From Escherichia coli (GTDB lineage: Bacteria > Pseudomonadota > Gammaproteobacteria > Enterobacterales > Enterobacteriaceae), in NCBI RefSeq assembly GCF_048403405.1, contig NZ_CP183129.1: a stretch of DNA of 64,000 bases. One strand, written 5' to 3'. Below, piece by piece: positions 31,465 through 44,316 of this stretch. The notes beneath the pieces were generated by a model that saw only the letters and a list, made by a program, of their open reading frames with translations, had not been told where the DNA came from and did not search any database. Within the stretch, counting starts at the first letter, position 1. Each line of letters begins with the position of its first letter. The position numbers and the translations under genes were made by a program.

Positions 31465-31649
31465 GGGAATCTCCGAGATGCCGCCGCAGGCTGTAACCCT
31501 TGAACCCTTGGTTCAAGGTGAATGTGTCGTCGCAGTTTTAAGGCTTCTCGGACGGACCGAGCATGCTCACCAACCGCGGAGCGCCACATTCTTGTGGTAT
31601 GAAATATCGGCTCAGGGGACTGGCCCGCTTGCGAACATCTCAGAGAAAT
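31465..31649 (-). ncRNA. ssrS: 6S RNA
   Basis: The minus strand reads atttctctgagatgttcgcaagcgggccagtcccctgagccgatatttcataccacaagaatgtggcgctccgcggttggtgagcatgctcgg...ggagattccc. This matches the E. coli 6S RNA sequence I know. The ends are accurate to within a few nt. Confidence 0.93.
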
Positions 31650-31690
31650 TTTGTCTTCACGGTTACTCTACCACAGTAAACCGAAAAGTG

Positions 31691-32086
<396 letters not shown>

Positions 32087-32187
32087 CTATAGCTACCCTG
32101 ATGAGAAGAGACAAGCCCTTTTCTGGTCCACCAGGGCCCAAAGTGGTAGCATATCATGAATATTCCTCCCTTTGACGACGAATGCTT

Positions 32188-32766
32188 ATGTCTATACAGA
32201 ACGAAATGCCTGGTTACAACGAAATGAACCAGTATCTGAACCAACAAGGGACGGGTCTGACCCCAGCTGAGATGCATGGTTTAATCAGCGGGATGATATG
32301 TGGCGGTAACGATGACAGCTCATGGCTGCCGCTACTTCACGACCTGACGAACGAAGGCATGGCTTTCGGTCATGAGCTGGCACAGGCACTGCGTAAAATG
32401 CACTCTGCCACCAGCGATGCCCTCCAGGATGACGGCTTCCTTTTTCAGCTTTATCTGCCTGATGGCGATGATGTCAGCGTTTTCGATCGGGCTGATGCGC
32501 TGGCAGGTTGGGTTAATCACTTCCTGCTTGGTCTTGGCGTTACGCAACCGAAGCTGGACAAAGTGACCGGCGAAACCGGTGAAGCCATCGACGATCTGCG
32601 TAACATCGCGCAGTTGGGCTACGACGAAGACGAAGATCAGGAAGAGCTTGAAATGTCGCTTGAAGAGATCATCGAATACGTTCGTGTTGCCGCGCTGTTA
32701 TGCCACGACACCTTTACTCATCCGCAACCGACCGCGCCAGAAGTACAAAAACCGACTCTACACTAA
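32188..32766 (+). CDS. ygfB: UPF0149 family protein YgfB
   Basis: Track ORF 32182..32766. The ATG at 32188 gives [31 protein letters not shown]..., 192 aa. Confidence 0.92.
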
Positions 32767-32791
32767 AAACAAAAAACGTAAGGAGAGTGTT

Positions 32792-34117
32792 ATGAGTGAG
32801 ATATCCCGGCAAGAGTTTCAGCGTCGCCGTCAGGCCCTGGTGGAGCAAATGCAACCCGGCAGCGCCGCGCTGATTTTTGCTGCACCAGAAGTAACACGTA
32901 GCGCCGACAGCGAATACCCCTATCGTCAGAACAGTGACTTCTGGTACTTCACCGGCTTTAACGAACCGGAAGCGGTGCTGGTGCTGATTAAAAGCGATGA
33001 CACTCATAACCACAGCGTTTTGTTTAACCGCGTTCGCGACCTGACGGCAGAGATCTGGTTTGGTCGTCGCTTAGGTCAGGATGCCGCGCCAGAGAAACTG
33101 GGTGTTGATCGCGCTCTGGCATTCAGCGAAATTAATCAGCAACTTTATCAACTACTTAATGGTCTGGATGTGGTTTACCACGCCCAGGGCGAATATGCAT
33201 ATGCTGATGAAATCGTGAACAGTGCGCTGGAAAAACTGCGTAAAGGCTCGCGGCAAAATCTTACCGCACCGGCAACGATGATCGACTGGCGTCCCATTGT
33301 TCATGAAATGCGCCTGTTCAAATCGCCGGAAGAGATTGCCGTACTTCGCCGCGCGGGGGAAATTACCGCCCTGGCGCATACCCGGGCGATGGAAAAATGC
33401 CGTCCGGGAATGTTCGAGTACCATCTGGAAGGCGAAATTCACCACGAATTTAACCGCCACGGTGCGCGTTATCCGTCCTACAACACCATCGTCGGCAGCG
33501 GTGAAAACGGCTGCATTCTGCACTACACCGAAAACGAGAGTGAACTGCGTGACGGTGACCTGGTGTTGATTGACGCGGGTTGTGAATACAAAGGTTACGC
33601 GGGCGATATTACCCGCACCTTCCCGGTCAACGGCAAATTCACTCAGGCCCAGCGTGAAATCTACGACATTGTGCTGGAGTCTCTTGAAACCAGCCTGCGC
33701 CTGTATCGTCCGGGAACTTCCATGCAGGAAGTCACTGGTGAAGTGGTGCGTATCATGGTTAGCGGCCTGGTAAAACTCGGCATCCTGAAAGGTGATGTTG
33801 ATGAACTGATCGCTCAGAACGCCCATCGTCCTTTCTTTATGCATGGCCTTAGCCACTGGTTAGGACTGGATGTCCATGACGTTGGCGTTTATGGTCAGGA
33901 TCGCTCGCGCATTCTGGAACCGGGGATGGTACTGACCGTAGAGCCTGGTCTGTATATCGCGCCGGATGCGGATGTGCCAGAACAATATCGCGGTATCGGC
34001 ATTCGTATTGAAGACGACATTGTGATTACCGAAACCGGCAACGAAAACCTCACCGCCAGCGTGGTGAAAAAGCCGGAAGAAATCGAAGCGTTGATGGCTG
34101 CTGCGAGAAAGCAATGA
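32792..34117 (+). CDS. pepP: Xaa-Pro aminopeptidase (aminopeptidase P)
   Basis: Track ORF 32579..34117. The ATG at 32792 follows aggagag SD and gives MSEISRQEFQRRRQALVEQM..., 441 aa, with the M24 motif HGLSHWLGLDVHD. Confidence 0.96.
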   Translation: MSEISRQEFQRRRQALVEQMQPGSAALIFAAPEVTRSADSEYPYRQNSDFWYFTGFNEPEAVLVLIKSDDTHNHSVLFNRVRDLTAEIWFGRRLGQDAAPEKLGVDRALAFSEINQQLYQLLNGLDVVYHAQGEYAYADEIVNSALEKLRKGSRQNLTAPATMIDWRPIVHEMRLFKSPEEIAVLRRAGEITALAHTRAMEKCRPGMFEYHLEGEIHHEFNRHGARYPSYNTIVGSGENGCILHYTENESELRDGDLVLIDAGCEYKGYAGDITRTFPVNGKFTQAQREIYDIVLESLETSLRLYRPGTSMQEVTGEVVRIMVSGLVKLGILKGDVDELIAQNAHRPFFMHGLSHWLGLDVHDVGVYGQDRSRILEPGMVLTVEPGLYIAPDADVPEQYRGIGIRIEDDIVITETGNENLTASVVKKPEEIEALMAAARKQ

Positions 34118-35292
34118 GCGTAATCATCGTCGGTGGCGGCATGGCGGGCGCGACGCTGGCGCTGGCTATTTCCCGGTTAAGTCACGGGGCGCTGCCGGTA
34201 CATTTGATTGAAGCGACTGCGCCAGAGTCACATGCTCATCCGGGCTTTGATGGACGAGCTATTGCGCTGGCGGCGGGTACCTGTCAGCAACTGGCGCGCA
34301 TCGGCGTTTGGCAATCTCTGGCGGATTGCGCAACCGCCATCACCAGCGTGCATGTCAGCGATCGTGGTCACGCTGGATTTGTCACCCTCGCCGCAGAAGA
34401 TTACCAACTGGCGGCGCTGGGACAGGTTGTCGAATTGCACAATGTCGGGCAACGGCTGTTTGCATTGCTGCGTAAAGCACCTGGCGTAACGCTGCATTGC
34501 CCTGATCGCGTGGCTAACGTTGCCCGTACTCAGAGTCACGTTGAAGTGACGCTGGAGTGTGGCGAAACGCTGACGGGCCGCGTGCTGGTAGCCGCTGATG
34601 GCACCCATTCAGCGTTAGCCACTGTGTGCGGCGTTGACTGGCAGCAGGAGCCTTACGAACAACTGGCTGTGATTGCCAACGTTGCGACTTCCGTTGCGCA
34701 CGAAGGGCGCGCTTTTGAACGCTTTACGCAACATGGCCCGCTGGCGATGTTGCCGATGTCTGACGGACGCTGTTCGCTGGTCTGGTGTCATCTACTGGAA
34801 CGGCGCGAAGAGGTACTGTCGTGGAGCGACGAGAAGTTTTGCCGTGAACTCCAGTCGGCCTTTGGTTGGCGACTTGGGAAAATTACCCACGCTGGTAAAC
34901 GCAGTGCTTATCCGCTGGCGTTAACCCGCGCCGCCAGACCTATTACCCATCGTACCGTGCTGGTGGGCAATGCGGCGCAAACTCTGCACCCGATTGCCGG
35001 GCAAGGGTTCAACCTCGGTATGCGGGATGTCATGAGCCTTGCGGAAACCTTGACTCAGGCGCAGGAGCGCGGAGAAGACATAGGTGATTACGGCGTATTG
35101 TGCCGTTATCAGCAGCGTCGACAGAGCGATCGCGAAGCAACCATCGGTGTCACGGACAGCCTTGTACATCTTTTTGCCAACCGTTGGACGCCGCTGGTTG
35201 TCGGGCGCAACATCGGGCTGATGACGATGGAATTATTTACCCCGGCACGCGATGTGCTGGCGCAGCGCACCCTCGGTTGGGTGGCGCGTTGA
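34114..35292 (+). CDS. ubiH: 2-octaprenyl-6-methoxyphenol hydroxylase
   Basis: Track ORF of 392 aa, MSVIIVGGGMAGATLALAIS... (FAD GxGxxG). It overlaps the pepP stop by 4 bp. Confidence 0.95.
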   Translation: MSVIIVGGGMAGATLALAISRLSHGALPVHLIEATAPESHAHPGFDGRAIALAAGTCQQLARIGVWQSLADCATAITSVHVSDRGHAGFVTLAAEDYQLAALGQVVELHNVGQRLFALLRKAPGVTLHCPDRVANVARTQSHVEVTLECGETLTGRVLVAADGTHSALATVCGVDWQQEPYEQLAVIANVATSVAHEGRAFERFTQHGPLAMLPMSDGRCSLVWCHLLERREEVLSWSDEKFCRELQSAFGWRLGKITHAGKRSAYPLALTRAARPITHRTVLVGNAAQTLHPIAGQGFNLGMRDVMSLAETLTQAQERGEDIGDYGVLCRYQQRRQSDREATIGVTDSLVHLFANRWTPLVVGRNIGLMTMELFTPARDVLAQRTLGWVAR

Positions 35293-35314
35293 AGGCGGTT
35301 TTAAGGAATAAACA

Positions 35315-36517
35315 ATGCAAAGTGTTGATGTAGCCATTGTTGGCGGCGGCATGGTGGGGCTGGCGGTTGCCTGCGGCTTACAGGGGAGCGGCTTACGCGT
35401 TGCCGTACTGGAGCAGCGCGTACCGGAACCTCTGGCGGCGAATGCACCACCACAACTGCGCGTTTCGGCTATCAATGCCGCCAGCGAAAAATTACTCACC
35501 CGTCTTGGCGTCTGGCAGGACATTCTCTCTCGTAGGGCCAGTTGTTATCACGGTATGGAAGTGTGGGACAAAGACAGCTTTGGTCACATTTCGTTTGACG
35601 ATCAAAGCATGGGCTATAGCCATCTTGGGCATATCGTTGAAAACTCAGTGATTCACTACGCGCTGTGGAACAAAGCGCAGCAGTCGTCAGATATCACTCT
35701 GTTGGCCCCCGCAGAATTACAGCAGGTCGCCTGGGGAGAAAATGAAACCTTCCTGACGCTGAAAGATGGCAGCATGTTAACGGCGCGTCTGGTGATTGGC
35801 GCGGACGGCGCTAATTCCTGGTTGCGCAACAAAGCCGATATTCCGCTGACTTTCTGGGATTATCAGCATCACGCGCTGGTAGCGACCATTAGCACGGAAG
35901 AACCGCATGATGCGGTGGCGCGGCAGGTTTTCCATGGCGAAGGCATTCTGGCCTTTTTACCGCTTAGCGATCCGCATCTTTGCTCGATTGTCTGGTCACT
36001 GTCGCCAGAGGAAGCGCAGCGGATGCAGCAGGCAAGTGAAGACGAATTTAATCGCGCGTTAAATATCGCTTTTGATAATCGCCTTGGCTTATGCAAGGTT
36101 GAGAGTGCGCGTCAGGTGTTCCCACTGACGGGGCGTTATGCGCGCCAATTTGCCGCGCACCGTCTGGCGTTGGTGGGCGACGCCGCGCATACCATTCACC
36201 CGCTGGCGGGGCAGGGCGTTAATCTCGGCTTTATGGATGCTGCAGAGCTGGTTGCTGAACTGAAACGGTTGCATCGTCAGGGGAAAGACATCGGGCAGTA
36301 CATTTATCTGCGTCGCTATGAGCGTAGCCGCAAGCACAGTGCGGCGCTGATGCTGGCTGGTATGCAGGGATTCCGCGATCTGTTTTCCGGTACCAATCCG
36401 GCGAAAAAACTGCTGCGTGATATTGGTTTGAAACTGGCCGACACGCTTCCTGGCGTTAAACCACAACTTATCCGCCAGGCAATGGGATTAAACGATTTGC
36501 CTGAATGGCTGCGTTAA
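35315..36517 (+). CDS. ubiI: 2-octaprenylphenol hydroxylase (VisC)
   Basis: Track ORF of 400 aa, MQSVDVAIVGGGMVGLAVACGLQGSG..., a paralogue of UbiH. Confidence 0.95.
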   Translation: MQSVDVAIVGGGMVGLAVACGLQGSGLRVAVLEQRVPEPLAANAPPQLRVSAINAASEKLLTRLGVWQDILSRRASCYHGMEVWDKDSFGHISFDDQSMGYSHLGHIVENSVIHYALWNKAQQSSDITLLAPAELQQVAWGENETFLTLKDGSMLTARLVIGADGANSWLRNKADIPLTFWDYQHHALVATISTEEPHDAVARQVFHGEGILAFLPLSDPHLCSIVWSLSPEEAQRMQQASEDEFNRALNIAFDNRLGLCKVESARQVFPLTGRYARQFAAHRLALVGDAAHTIHPLAGQGVNLGFMDAAELVAELKRLHRQGKDIGQYIYLRRYERSRKHSAALMLAGMQGFRDLFSGTNPAKKLLRDIGLKLADTLPGVKPQLIRQAMGLNDLPEWLR

Positions 36518-36560
36518 AAATTTCTCTTCTGCTGTTTATTTGATACCCATCACACTTTCA

Positions 36561-36588
36561 TCTCCCGGTTTTTTCGCCGGGAGATTTT
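36561..36588 (+). terminator. Rho-independent terminator after ubiI
   Basis: The tctcccgg-ttttttcg-ccgggaga hairpin is followed by tttt. Confidence 0.75.
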
Positions 36589-36964
36589 CCTCATTTGAAA
36601 TAAACTAATTTCACCTCCGTTTTCGCATTATATTTTCTAATGTCATGATTTTTTGATTTAGTGTTTTTTGACAATTTTTTAGTTCTTAATATTGCATTAA
36701 TCAAATTAACTTTCTCATCTGTTTATCTTTATATAGAGATTTGTTCATTTTTTGGTTTTTTATTCTGTTGTGATTTTGGCGTTTTTTAACCATAAGCTAA
36801 TGTGATGATCAATTTTACCTTATGGTTAACAGTCTGTTTCGGTGGTAAGTTCAGGCAAAAGAGAACGATTGCGTTGGGGACCGGGAGTGGCTCCGATGCT
36901 GGGTTTCGTGGTGATAATTTCGCCATGGAAAAGTTGTCAGCCCCGCTTATTCAATGAGGACAAG
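36589..36964 (+). promoter_or_regulatory. gcvTHP upstream control region
   Basis: This is a long, strongly AT-rich, T-tract-rich non-coding stretch upstream of gcvT. It corresponds to the region known from the literature to bind GcvA, Lrp, PurR and CRP. I did not map individual sites. Confidence 0.5.
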
Positions 36965-38059
36965 ATGGCACAACAGACTCCTTTGTACGAACAACACACG
37001 CTTTGCGGCGCTCGCATGGTGGATTTCCACGGCTGGATGATGCCGCTGCATTACGGTTCGCAAATCGACGAACATCATGCGGTACGTACCGATGCCGGAA
37101 TGTTTGATGTGTCACATATGACCATCGTCGATCTTCGCGGCAGCCGCACCCGGGAGTTTTTGCGTTATCTGCTGGCGAACGATGTGGCGAAACTCACCAA
37201 AAGCGGCAAAGCCCTTTACTCGGGGATGTTGAATGCCTCTGGCGGTGTGATAGATGACCTCATCGTCTACTACTTTACTGAAGATTTCTTCCGCCTCGTT
37301 GTTAACTCCGCCACCCGCGAAAAAGACCTCTCCTGGATTACCCAACACGCTGAACCTTTCGGCATCGAAATTACCGTTCGTGATGACCTTTCCATGATCG
37401 CCGTGCAAGGGCCGAATGCGCAGGCAAAAGCTGCCACACTGTTTAATGACGCTCAGCGTCATGCGGTGGAAGGGATGAAACCGTTCTTTGGCGTGCAGGC
37501 GGGCGATCTGTTTATTGCCACCACCGGTTACACCGGTGAAGCGGGCTACGAAATTGCGCTGCCCAATGAAAAAGCGGCCGATTTCTGGCGCGCGCTGGTG
37601 GAAGCGGGCGTTAAGCCATGCGGTCTGGGCGCGCGTGACACGCTGCGTCTGGAAGCGGGCATGAATCTTTATGGTCAGGAGATGGACGAAACCATCTCTC
37701 CGTTAGCCGCCAACATGGGCTGGACTATCGCCTGGGAACCAGCAGATCGTGACTTCATCGGTCGTGAAGCCCTGGAAGTGCAGCGTGAACATGGCACAGA
37801 AAAACTGGTTGGTCTGGTGATGACTGAAAAAGGCGTGCTGCGTAATGAACTGCCGGTACGTTTTACTGATGCGCAGGGCAACCAGCATGAAGGCATTATC
37901 ACCAGCGGTACTTTCTCCCCGACGCTGGGTTACAGCATTGCGCTGGCGCGTGTGCCGGAAGGTATTGGTGAAACGGCGATTGTGCAAATTCGCAACCGTG
38001 AAATGCCGGTTAAAGTGACGAAACCTGTTTTTGTGCGTAACGGTAAAGCCGTCGCGTGA
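36965..38059 (+). CDS. gcvT: Glycine cleavage T protein (aminomethyltransferase)
   Basis: Track ORF 36842..38059. The ATG at 36965 gives [24 protein letters not shown]..., 364 aa. Confidence 0.96.
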
Positions 38060-38082
38060 TTTACTTTTTTGGAGATTGATTG

Positions 38083-38472
38083 ATGAGCAACGTACCAGCA
38101 GAACTGAAATACAGCAAAGAACACGAATGGCTGCGTAAAGAAGCCGACGGCACTTACACCGTTGGTATCACCGAACATGCCCAGGAGCTGTTAGGCGATA
38201 TGGTGTTTGTTGACCTGCCGGAAGTGGGCGCAACGGTTAGCGCGGGCGATGACTGCGCGGTTGCCGAATCGGTAAAAGCGGCGTCAGACATTTATGCGCC
38301 AGTAAGCGGTGAAATCGTGGCGGTAAACGACGCACTGAGCGATTCCCCGGAACTGGTGAACAGCGAACCGTATGCAGGCGGCTGGATCTTTAAAATCAAA
38401 GCCAGCGATGAAAGCGAACTGGAATCACTGCTGGATGCGACCGCATACGAAGCATTGTTAGAAGACGAGTAA
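38083..38472 (+). CDS. gcvH: Glycine cleavage H protein (lipoyl carrier)
   Basis: Track ORF 38080..38472, [20 protein letters not shown]..., 129 aa, with the lipoyl-lysine motif ESVKAAS. Confidence 0.96.
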
Positions 38473-38482
38473 CGGCTTTATT

Positions 38483-38553
38483 CCTCTTCTGCGGGAGAGG
38501 ATCAGGGTGAGGAACTTTTACGCCTCACCCTCACTCTCTTCGCAAGGAGAGAG
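38483..38553. repeat. Triple-hairpin GC-rich intergenic element (Box C-like?)
   Basis: There are three consecutive stem-loops: cctct...agagg (38483-38500), gggtgagg...cctcaccc (38505-38530) and ctctc...gagag (38534-38552). The motif family resembles dispersed enterobacterial repeats. The name is uncertain. Confidence 0.45.
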
Positions 38554-38590
38554 GTTCACAATTCACTGCACGTTTCAGGAACCATCGCTC

Positions 38591-41464
38591 ATGACACAGA
38601 CGTTAAGCCAGCTTGAAAACAGCGGCGCTTTTATTGAACGCCATATCGGACCGGATGCCGCGCAACAGCAAGAAATGCTGAATGCCGTTGGCGCACAATC
38701 GTTAAACGCGCTGACCGGCCAGATTGTGCCGAAAGATATTCAGCTTGCGACCCCGCCGCAGGTTGGCGCACCGGCGACCGAATACGCCGCGCTGGCGGAA
38801 CTCAAGGCTATTGCCAGTCGCAATAAACGCTTCACGTCTTACATCGGCATGGGTTACACCGCCGTGCAGCTACCGCCGGTTATCCTGCGTAACATGCTGG
38901 AAAATCCGGGCTGGTATACCGCGTATACTCCGTATCAACCTGAAGTCTCCCAGGGCCGCCTTGAAGCACTGCTCAACTTCCAGCAGGTAACGCTGGATTT
39001 GACCGGGCTGGATATGGCCTCTGCTTCTCTTCTGGACGAGGCCACCGCTGCCGCCGAAGCAATGGCGATGGCGAAACGCGTCAGCAAACTGAAAAATGCC
39101 AACCGCTTCTTTGTTGCTTCTGACGTCCATCCGCAAACGCTCGATGTGGTCCGTACTCGTGCTGAAACCTTTGGTTTTGAAGTGATTGTCGATGATGCGC
39201 AAAAAGTGCTCGACCACCAGGACGTCTTCGGCGTGCTGTTACAGCAGGTCGGCACTACTGGTGAAATTCACGACTACACCGCGCTTATTAGCGAACTGAA
39301 ATCACGCAAAATTGTGGTCAGTGTCGCCGCCGATATTATGGCGCTGGTGCTGTTAACTGCGCCGGGTAAACAGGGCGCGGATATTGTTTTTGGTTCGGCG
39401 CAACGCTTTGGCGTACCGATGGGTTACGGTGGCCCACACGCGGCATTCTTTGCGGCGAAAGACGAATACAAACGCTCAATGCCGGGCCGTATTATCGGTG
39501 TATCGAAAGATGCAGCTGGCAACACCGCTCTGCGCATGGCGATGCAGACTCGCGAGCAACATATTCGTCGTGAGAAAGCGAACTCCAACATTTGTACTTC
39601 CCAGGTGCTGCTGGCAAACATCGCCAGCCTGTATGCCGTTTATCACGGCCCGGTTGGCCTGAAACGTATCGCTAACCGCATTCACCGTCTGACCGATATC
39701 CTGGCGGCAGGCCTGCAACAAAAAGGTCTGAAGCTGCGCCATGCGCACTATTTCGACACTCTGTGTGTGGAAGTGGCCGACAAGGCGGGCGTACTGGCGC
39801 GTGCCGAAGTGGCTGAAATCAACCTGCGTAGCGATATCCTGAACGCGGTTGGGATCACCCTTGATGAAACCACCACGCGCGAAAACGTGATGCAGCTTTT
39901 CAGCGTACTGCTGGGGGATAACCACGGACTGGACATCGACACGCTGGACAAAGACGTGGCTCACGATAGCCGCTCTATTCAGCCTGCAATGTTGCGCGAC
40001 GACGAAATCCTCACCCATCCGGTGTTTAATCGCTACCACAGCGAAACCGAAATGATGCGCTATATGCACTCGCTGGAGCGTAAAGATCTGGCGCTGAATC
40101 AGGCGATGATCCCGCTGGGTTCCTGCACCATGAAACTGAACGCCGCCGCCGAGATGATCCCCATCACCTGGCCGGAATTTGCCGAACTGCACCCGTTCTG
40201 CCCGCCGGAACAGGCCGAAGGTTATCAGCAGATGATTGCGCAACTGGCTGACTGGCTGGTGAAACTGACCGGTTACGACGCCGTTTGTATGCAGCCGAAC
40301 TCTGGCGCACAGGGCGAATATGCGGGCCTGCTGGCGATTCGTCATTATCATGAAAGCCGCAACGAAGGGCATCGCGATATCTGCCTGATCCCGGCTTCTG
40401 CGCACGGAACTAACCCCGCTTCTGCACATATGGCAGGAATGCAGGTGGTAGTTGTGGCATGTGATAAAAATGGCAACATCGATCTGACTGACCTGCGCGC
40501 GAAAGCGGAACAAGCGGGCGATAATCTCTCCTGCATCATGGTGACTTATCCTTCCACCCACGGCGTGTACGAAGAAACGATCCGTGAAGTGTGTGAAGTC
40601 GTGCATCAGTTCGGCGGTCAGGTTTACCTTGATGGCGCGAACATGAACGCCCAGGTCGGCATCACCTCACCGGGCTTTATTGGCGCGGACGTCTCGCACC
40701 TTAACCTGCATAAAACTTTCTGCATTCCGCACGGTGGCGGCGGCCCAGGTATGGGACCGATCGGCGTGAAAGCGCATCTGGCACCGTTTGTGCCAGGTCA
40801 TAGCGTGGTACAAATTGAAGGCATGTTAACCCGTCAGGGCGCGGTTTCTGCGGCACCGTTCGGTAGCGCATCCATTCTGCCAATCAGCTGGATGTACATC
40901 CGCATGATGGGCGCAGAAGGGCTGAAAAAAGCAAGCCAGGTGGCAATCCTCAACGCCAACTATATTGCCAGCCGCCTGCAGGATGCCTTCCCGGTGCTGT
41001 ATACCGGTCGCGACGGTCGCGTGGCGCACGAATGTATTCTCGATATTCGCCCGCTGAAAGAAGAAACCGGCATCAGCGAACTGGATATTGCCAAGCGTCT
41101 GATCGACTACGGTTTCCACGCGCCGACGATGTCGTTCCCGGTGGCGGGTACGCTGATGGTTGAACCGACTGAATCTGAAAGCAAAGTGGAACTGGATCGC
41201 TTTATCGACGCGATGCTGGCTATCCGCGCAGAAATTGACCAGGTGAAAGCCGGTGTCTGGCCGCTGGAAGATAACCCGCTGGTGAACGCGCCACACATTC
41301 AGAGCGAACTGGTCGCCGAGTGGGCGCATCCGTACAGCCGTGAAGTTGCAGTATTCCCGGCAGGCGTGGCAGACAAATACTGGTCGACAGTGAAACGTCT
41401 GGATGATGTTTACGGCGACCGTAACCTGTTCTGCTCCTGCGTACCGATTAGCGAATACCAGTAA
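38591..41464 (+). CDS. gcvP: Glycine dehydrogenase (decarboxylating), P protein
   Basis: Track ORF 38507..41464. The ATG at 38591 gives [27 protein letters not shown]..., 957 aa. Confidence 0.97.
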   Translation: MTQTLSQLENSGAFIERHIGPDAAQQQEMLNAVGAQSLNALTGQIVPKDIQLATPPQVGAPATEYAALAELKAIASRNKRFTSYIGMGYTAVQLPPVILRNMLENPGWYTAYTPYQPEVSQGRLEALLNFQQVTLDLTGLDMASASLLDEATAAAEAMAMAKRVSKLKNANRFFVASDVHPQTLDVVRTRAETFGFEVIVDDAQKVLDHQDVFGVLLQQVGTTGEIHDYTALISELKSRKIVVSVAADIMALVLLTAPGKQGADIVFGSAQRFGVPMGYGGPHAAFFAAKDEYKRSMPGRIIGVSKDAAGNTALRMAMQTREQHIRREKANSNICTSQVLLANIASLYAVYHGPVGLKRIANRIHRLTDILAAGLQQKGLKLRHAHYFDTLCVEVADKAGVLARAEVAEINLRSDILNAVGITLDETTTRENVMQLFSVLLGDNHGLDIDTLDKDVAHDSRSIQPAMLRDDEILTHPVFNRYHSETEMMRYMHSLERKDLALNQAMIPLGSCTMKLNAAAEMIPITWPEFAELHPFCPPEQAEGYQQMIAQLADWLVKLTGYDAVCMQPNSGAQGEYAGLLAIRHYHESRNEGHRDICLIPASAHGTNPASAHMAGMQVVVVACDKNGNIDLTDLRAKAEQAGDNLSCIMVTYPSTHGVYEETIREVCEVVHQFGGQVYLDGANMNAQVGITSPGFIGADVSHLNLHKTFCIPHGGGGPGMGPIGVKAHLAPFVPGHSVVQIEGMLTRQGAVSAAPFGSASILPISWMYIRMMGAEGLKKASQVAILNANYIASRLQDAFPVLYTGRDGRVAHECILDIRPLKEETGISELDIAKRLIDYGFHAPTMSFPVAGTLMVEPTESESKVELDRFIDAMLAIRAEIDQVKAGVWPLEDNPLVNAPHIQSELVAEWAHPYSREVAVFPAGVADKYWSTVKRLDDVYGDRNLFCSCVPISEYQ

Positions 41465-41487
41465 TTTACTGATTCGACTATCTTCTA

Positions 41488-41508
41488 AAGGCGCTTCGGC
41501 GCCTTTTT
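41488..41508 (+). terminator. Rho-independent terminator after gcvP
   Basis: The aaaggcgc-ttcg-gcgccttt hairpin has a trailing tt. Confidence 0.75.
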
Positions 41509-41588
41509 AGCTTGTTAATAAAGTGCGCTTTGTGTGTCGGATGAAGCGTAAATATAAACTCCTGGAGTTCAATATATGACAGGAGCGC

Positions 41589-41618
41589 CAGGCCTGATGA
41601 GCGGAGCACATCAGGCAC
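41589..41618. repeat. REP-like hairpin
   Basis: caggcctgatgagcggagcacatcaggcac has gcctgatg/catcaggc arms as in REP units. A further degenerate half (tgtcggatgaagcg) lies at about 41535. Confidence 0.5.
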
Positions 41619-41627
41619 ATCGGCTAA

Positions 41628-43088
<1,461 letters not shown>

Positions 43089-43105
43089 TTACAGGAAATA
43101 GTACC

Positions 43106-43417
43106 ATGCAGCCAAACGACATCACTTTTTTTCAACGTTTCCAGGATGACATTCTGGCTGGGCGTAAAACCATCACCATCCGCGACGAGTCTGAATCGCA
43201 CTTCAAAACGGGTGATGTGCTTCGTGTCGGGCGTTTTGAAGATGACGGTTATTTTTGCACGATTGAAGTCACCGCAACCTCAACCGTAACGCTGGATACA
43301 CTGACGGAAAAACATGCAGAGCAGGAAAATATGACCCTGACTGAACTGAAAAAGGTCATTGCCGACATCTATCCCGGTCAGACACAGTTTTATGTGATTG
43401 AATTTAAATGTCTTTAA
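43106..43417 (+). CDS. yqfB: ASCH-domain protein (N4-acetylcytidine amidohydrolase)
   Basis: Track ORF of 103 aa, [30 protein letters not shown]... Confidence 0.92.
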   Translation: MQPNDITFFQRFQDDILAGRKTITIRDESESHFKTGDVLRVGRFEDDGYFCTIEVTATSTVTLDTLTEKHAEQENMTLTELKKVIADIYPGQTQFYVIEFKCL

Positions 43418-43577
43418 ATTGAACTCACACCTGTTAGTTGAAATTTTGCATTTAATTTCATGATTTTTCGGAGATTAGTCCCAAATCAGAATTTATTTTA
43501 GCTAACAGGTGTTCACTGGAACTATTCTCAGTTACGCTGGAGAGGTTTACACGTGCGTGTACGTTTCTCCGGAGTAA

Positions 43578-44240
<663 letters not shown>

Positions 44241-44253
44241 TGGGTGTGCCTTT

Positions 44254-44310
44254 GTAGGCCTGAAAAGACACACCCGCGTCGCATCAGGCGATAAATGCCT
44301 GATGCGACAC
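44254..44310. repeat. REP pair (BIME-like)
   Basis: gtaggcctgaaaagacacacccgcgtcgcatcaggcg is followed by the inverted tgcctgatgcgacac. This is the classical REP consensus (GCCTGATGCGAC...GTAGGCC). Confidence 0.75.
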
Positions 44311-44316
44311 AGAGAT

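Noticed and set aside
31392-31589. N-terminal extension of the fau ORF (MWRSAVGEHARS...)
   Set aside because: The extension is the 6S RNA gene read in an accidental open frame.
32579-32791. 71-codon N-terminal extension of pepP overlapping ygfB
   Set aside because: The recognised PepP N-terminus (MSEISRQEF...) starts at 32792 with a good SD. The extension is an out-of-frame read of the ygfB 3' end.
36842-36964. 41-codon extension of gcvT with a non-ATG start
   Set aside because: The recognised GcvT N-terminus starts at ATG 36965. The extension lies in the untranslated leader.
39476-40606. 376-aa ORF antisense to gcvP
   Set aside because: It is nested opposite a recognised gene, and its composition is typical of an antisense translation.
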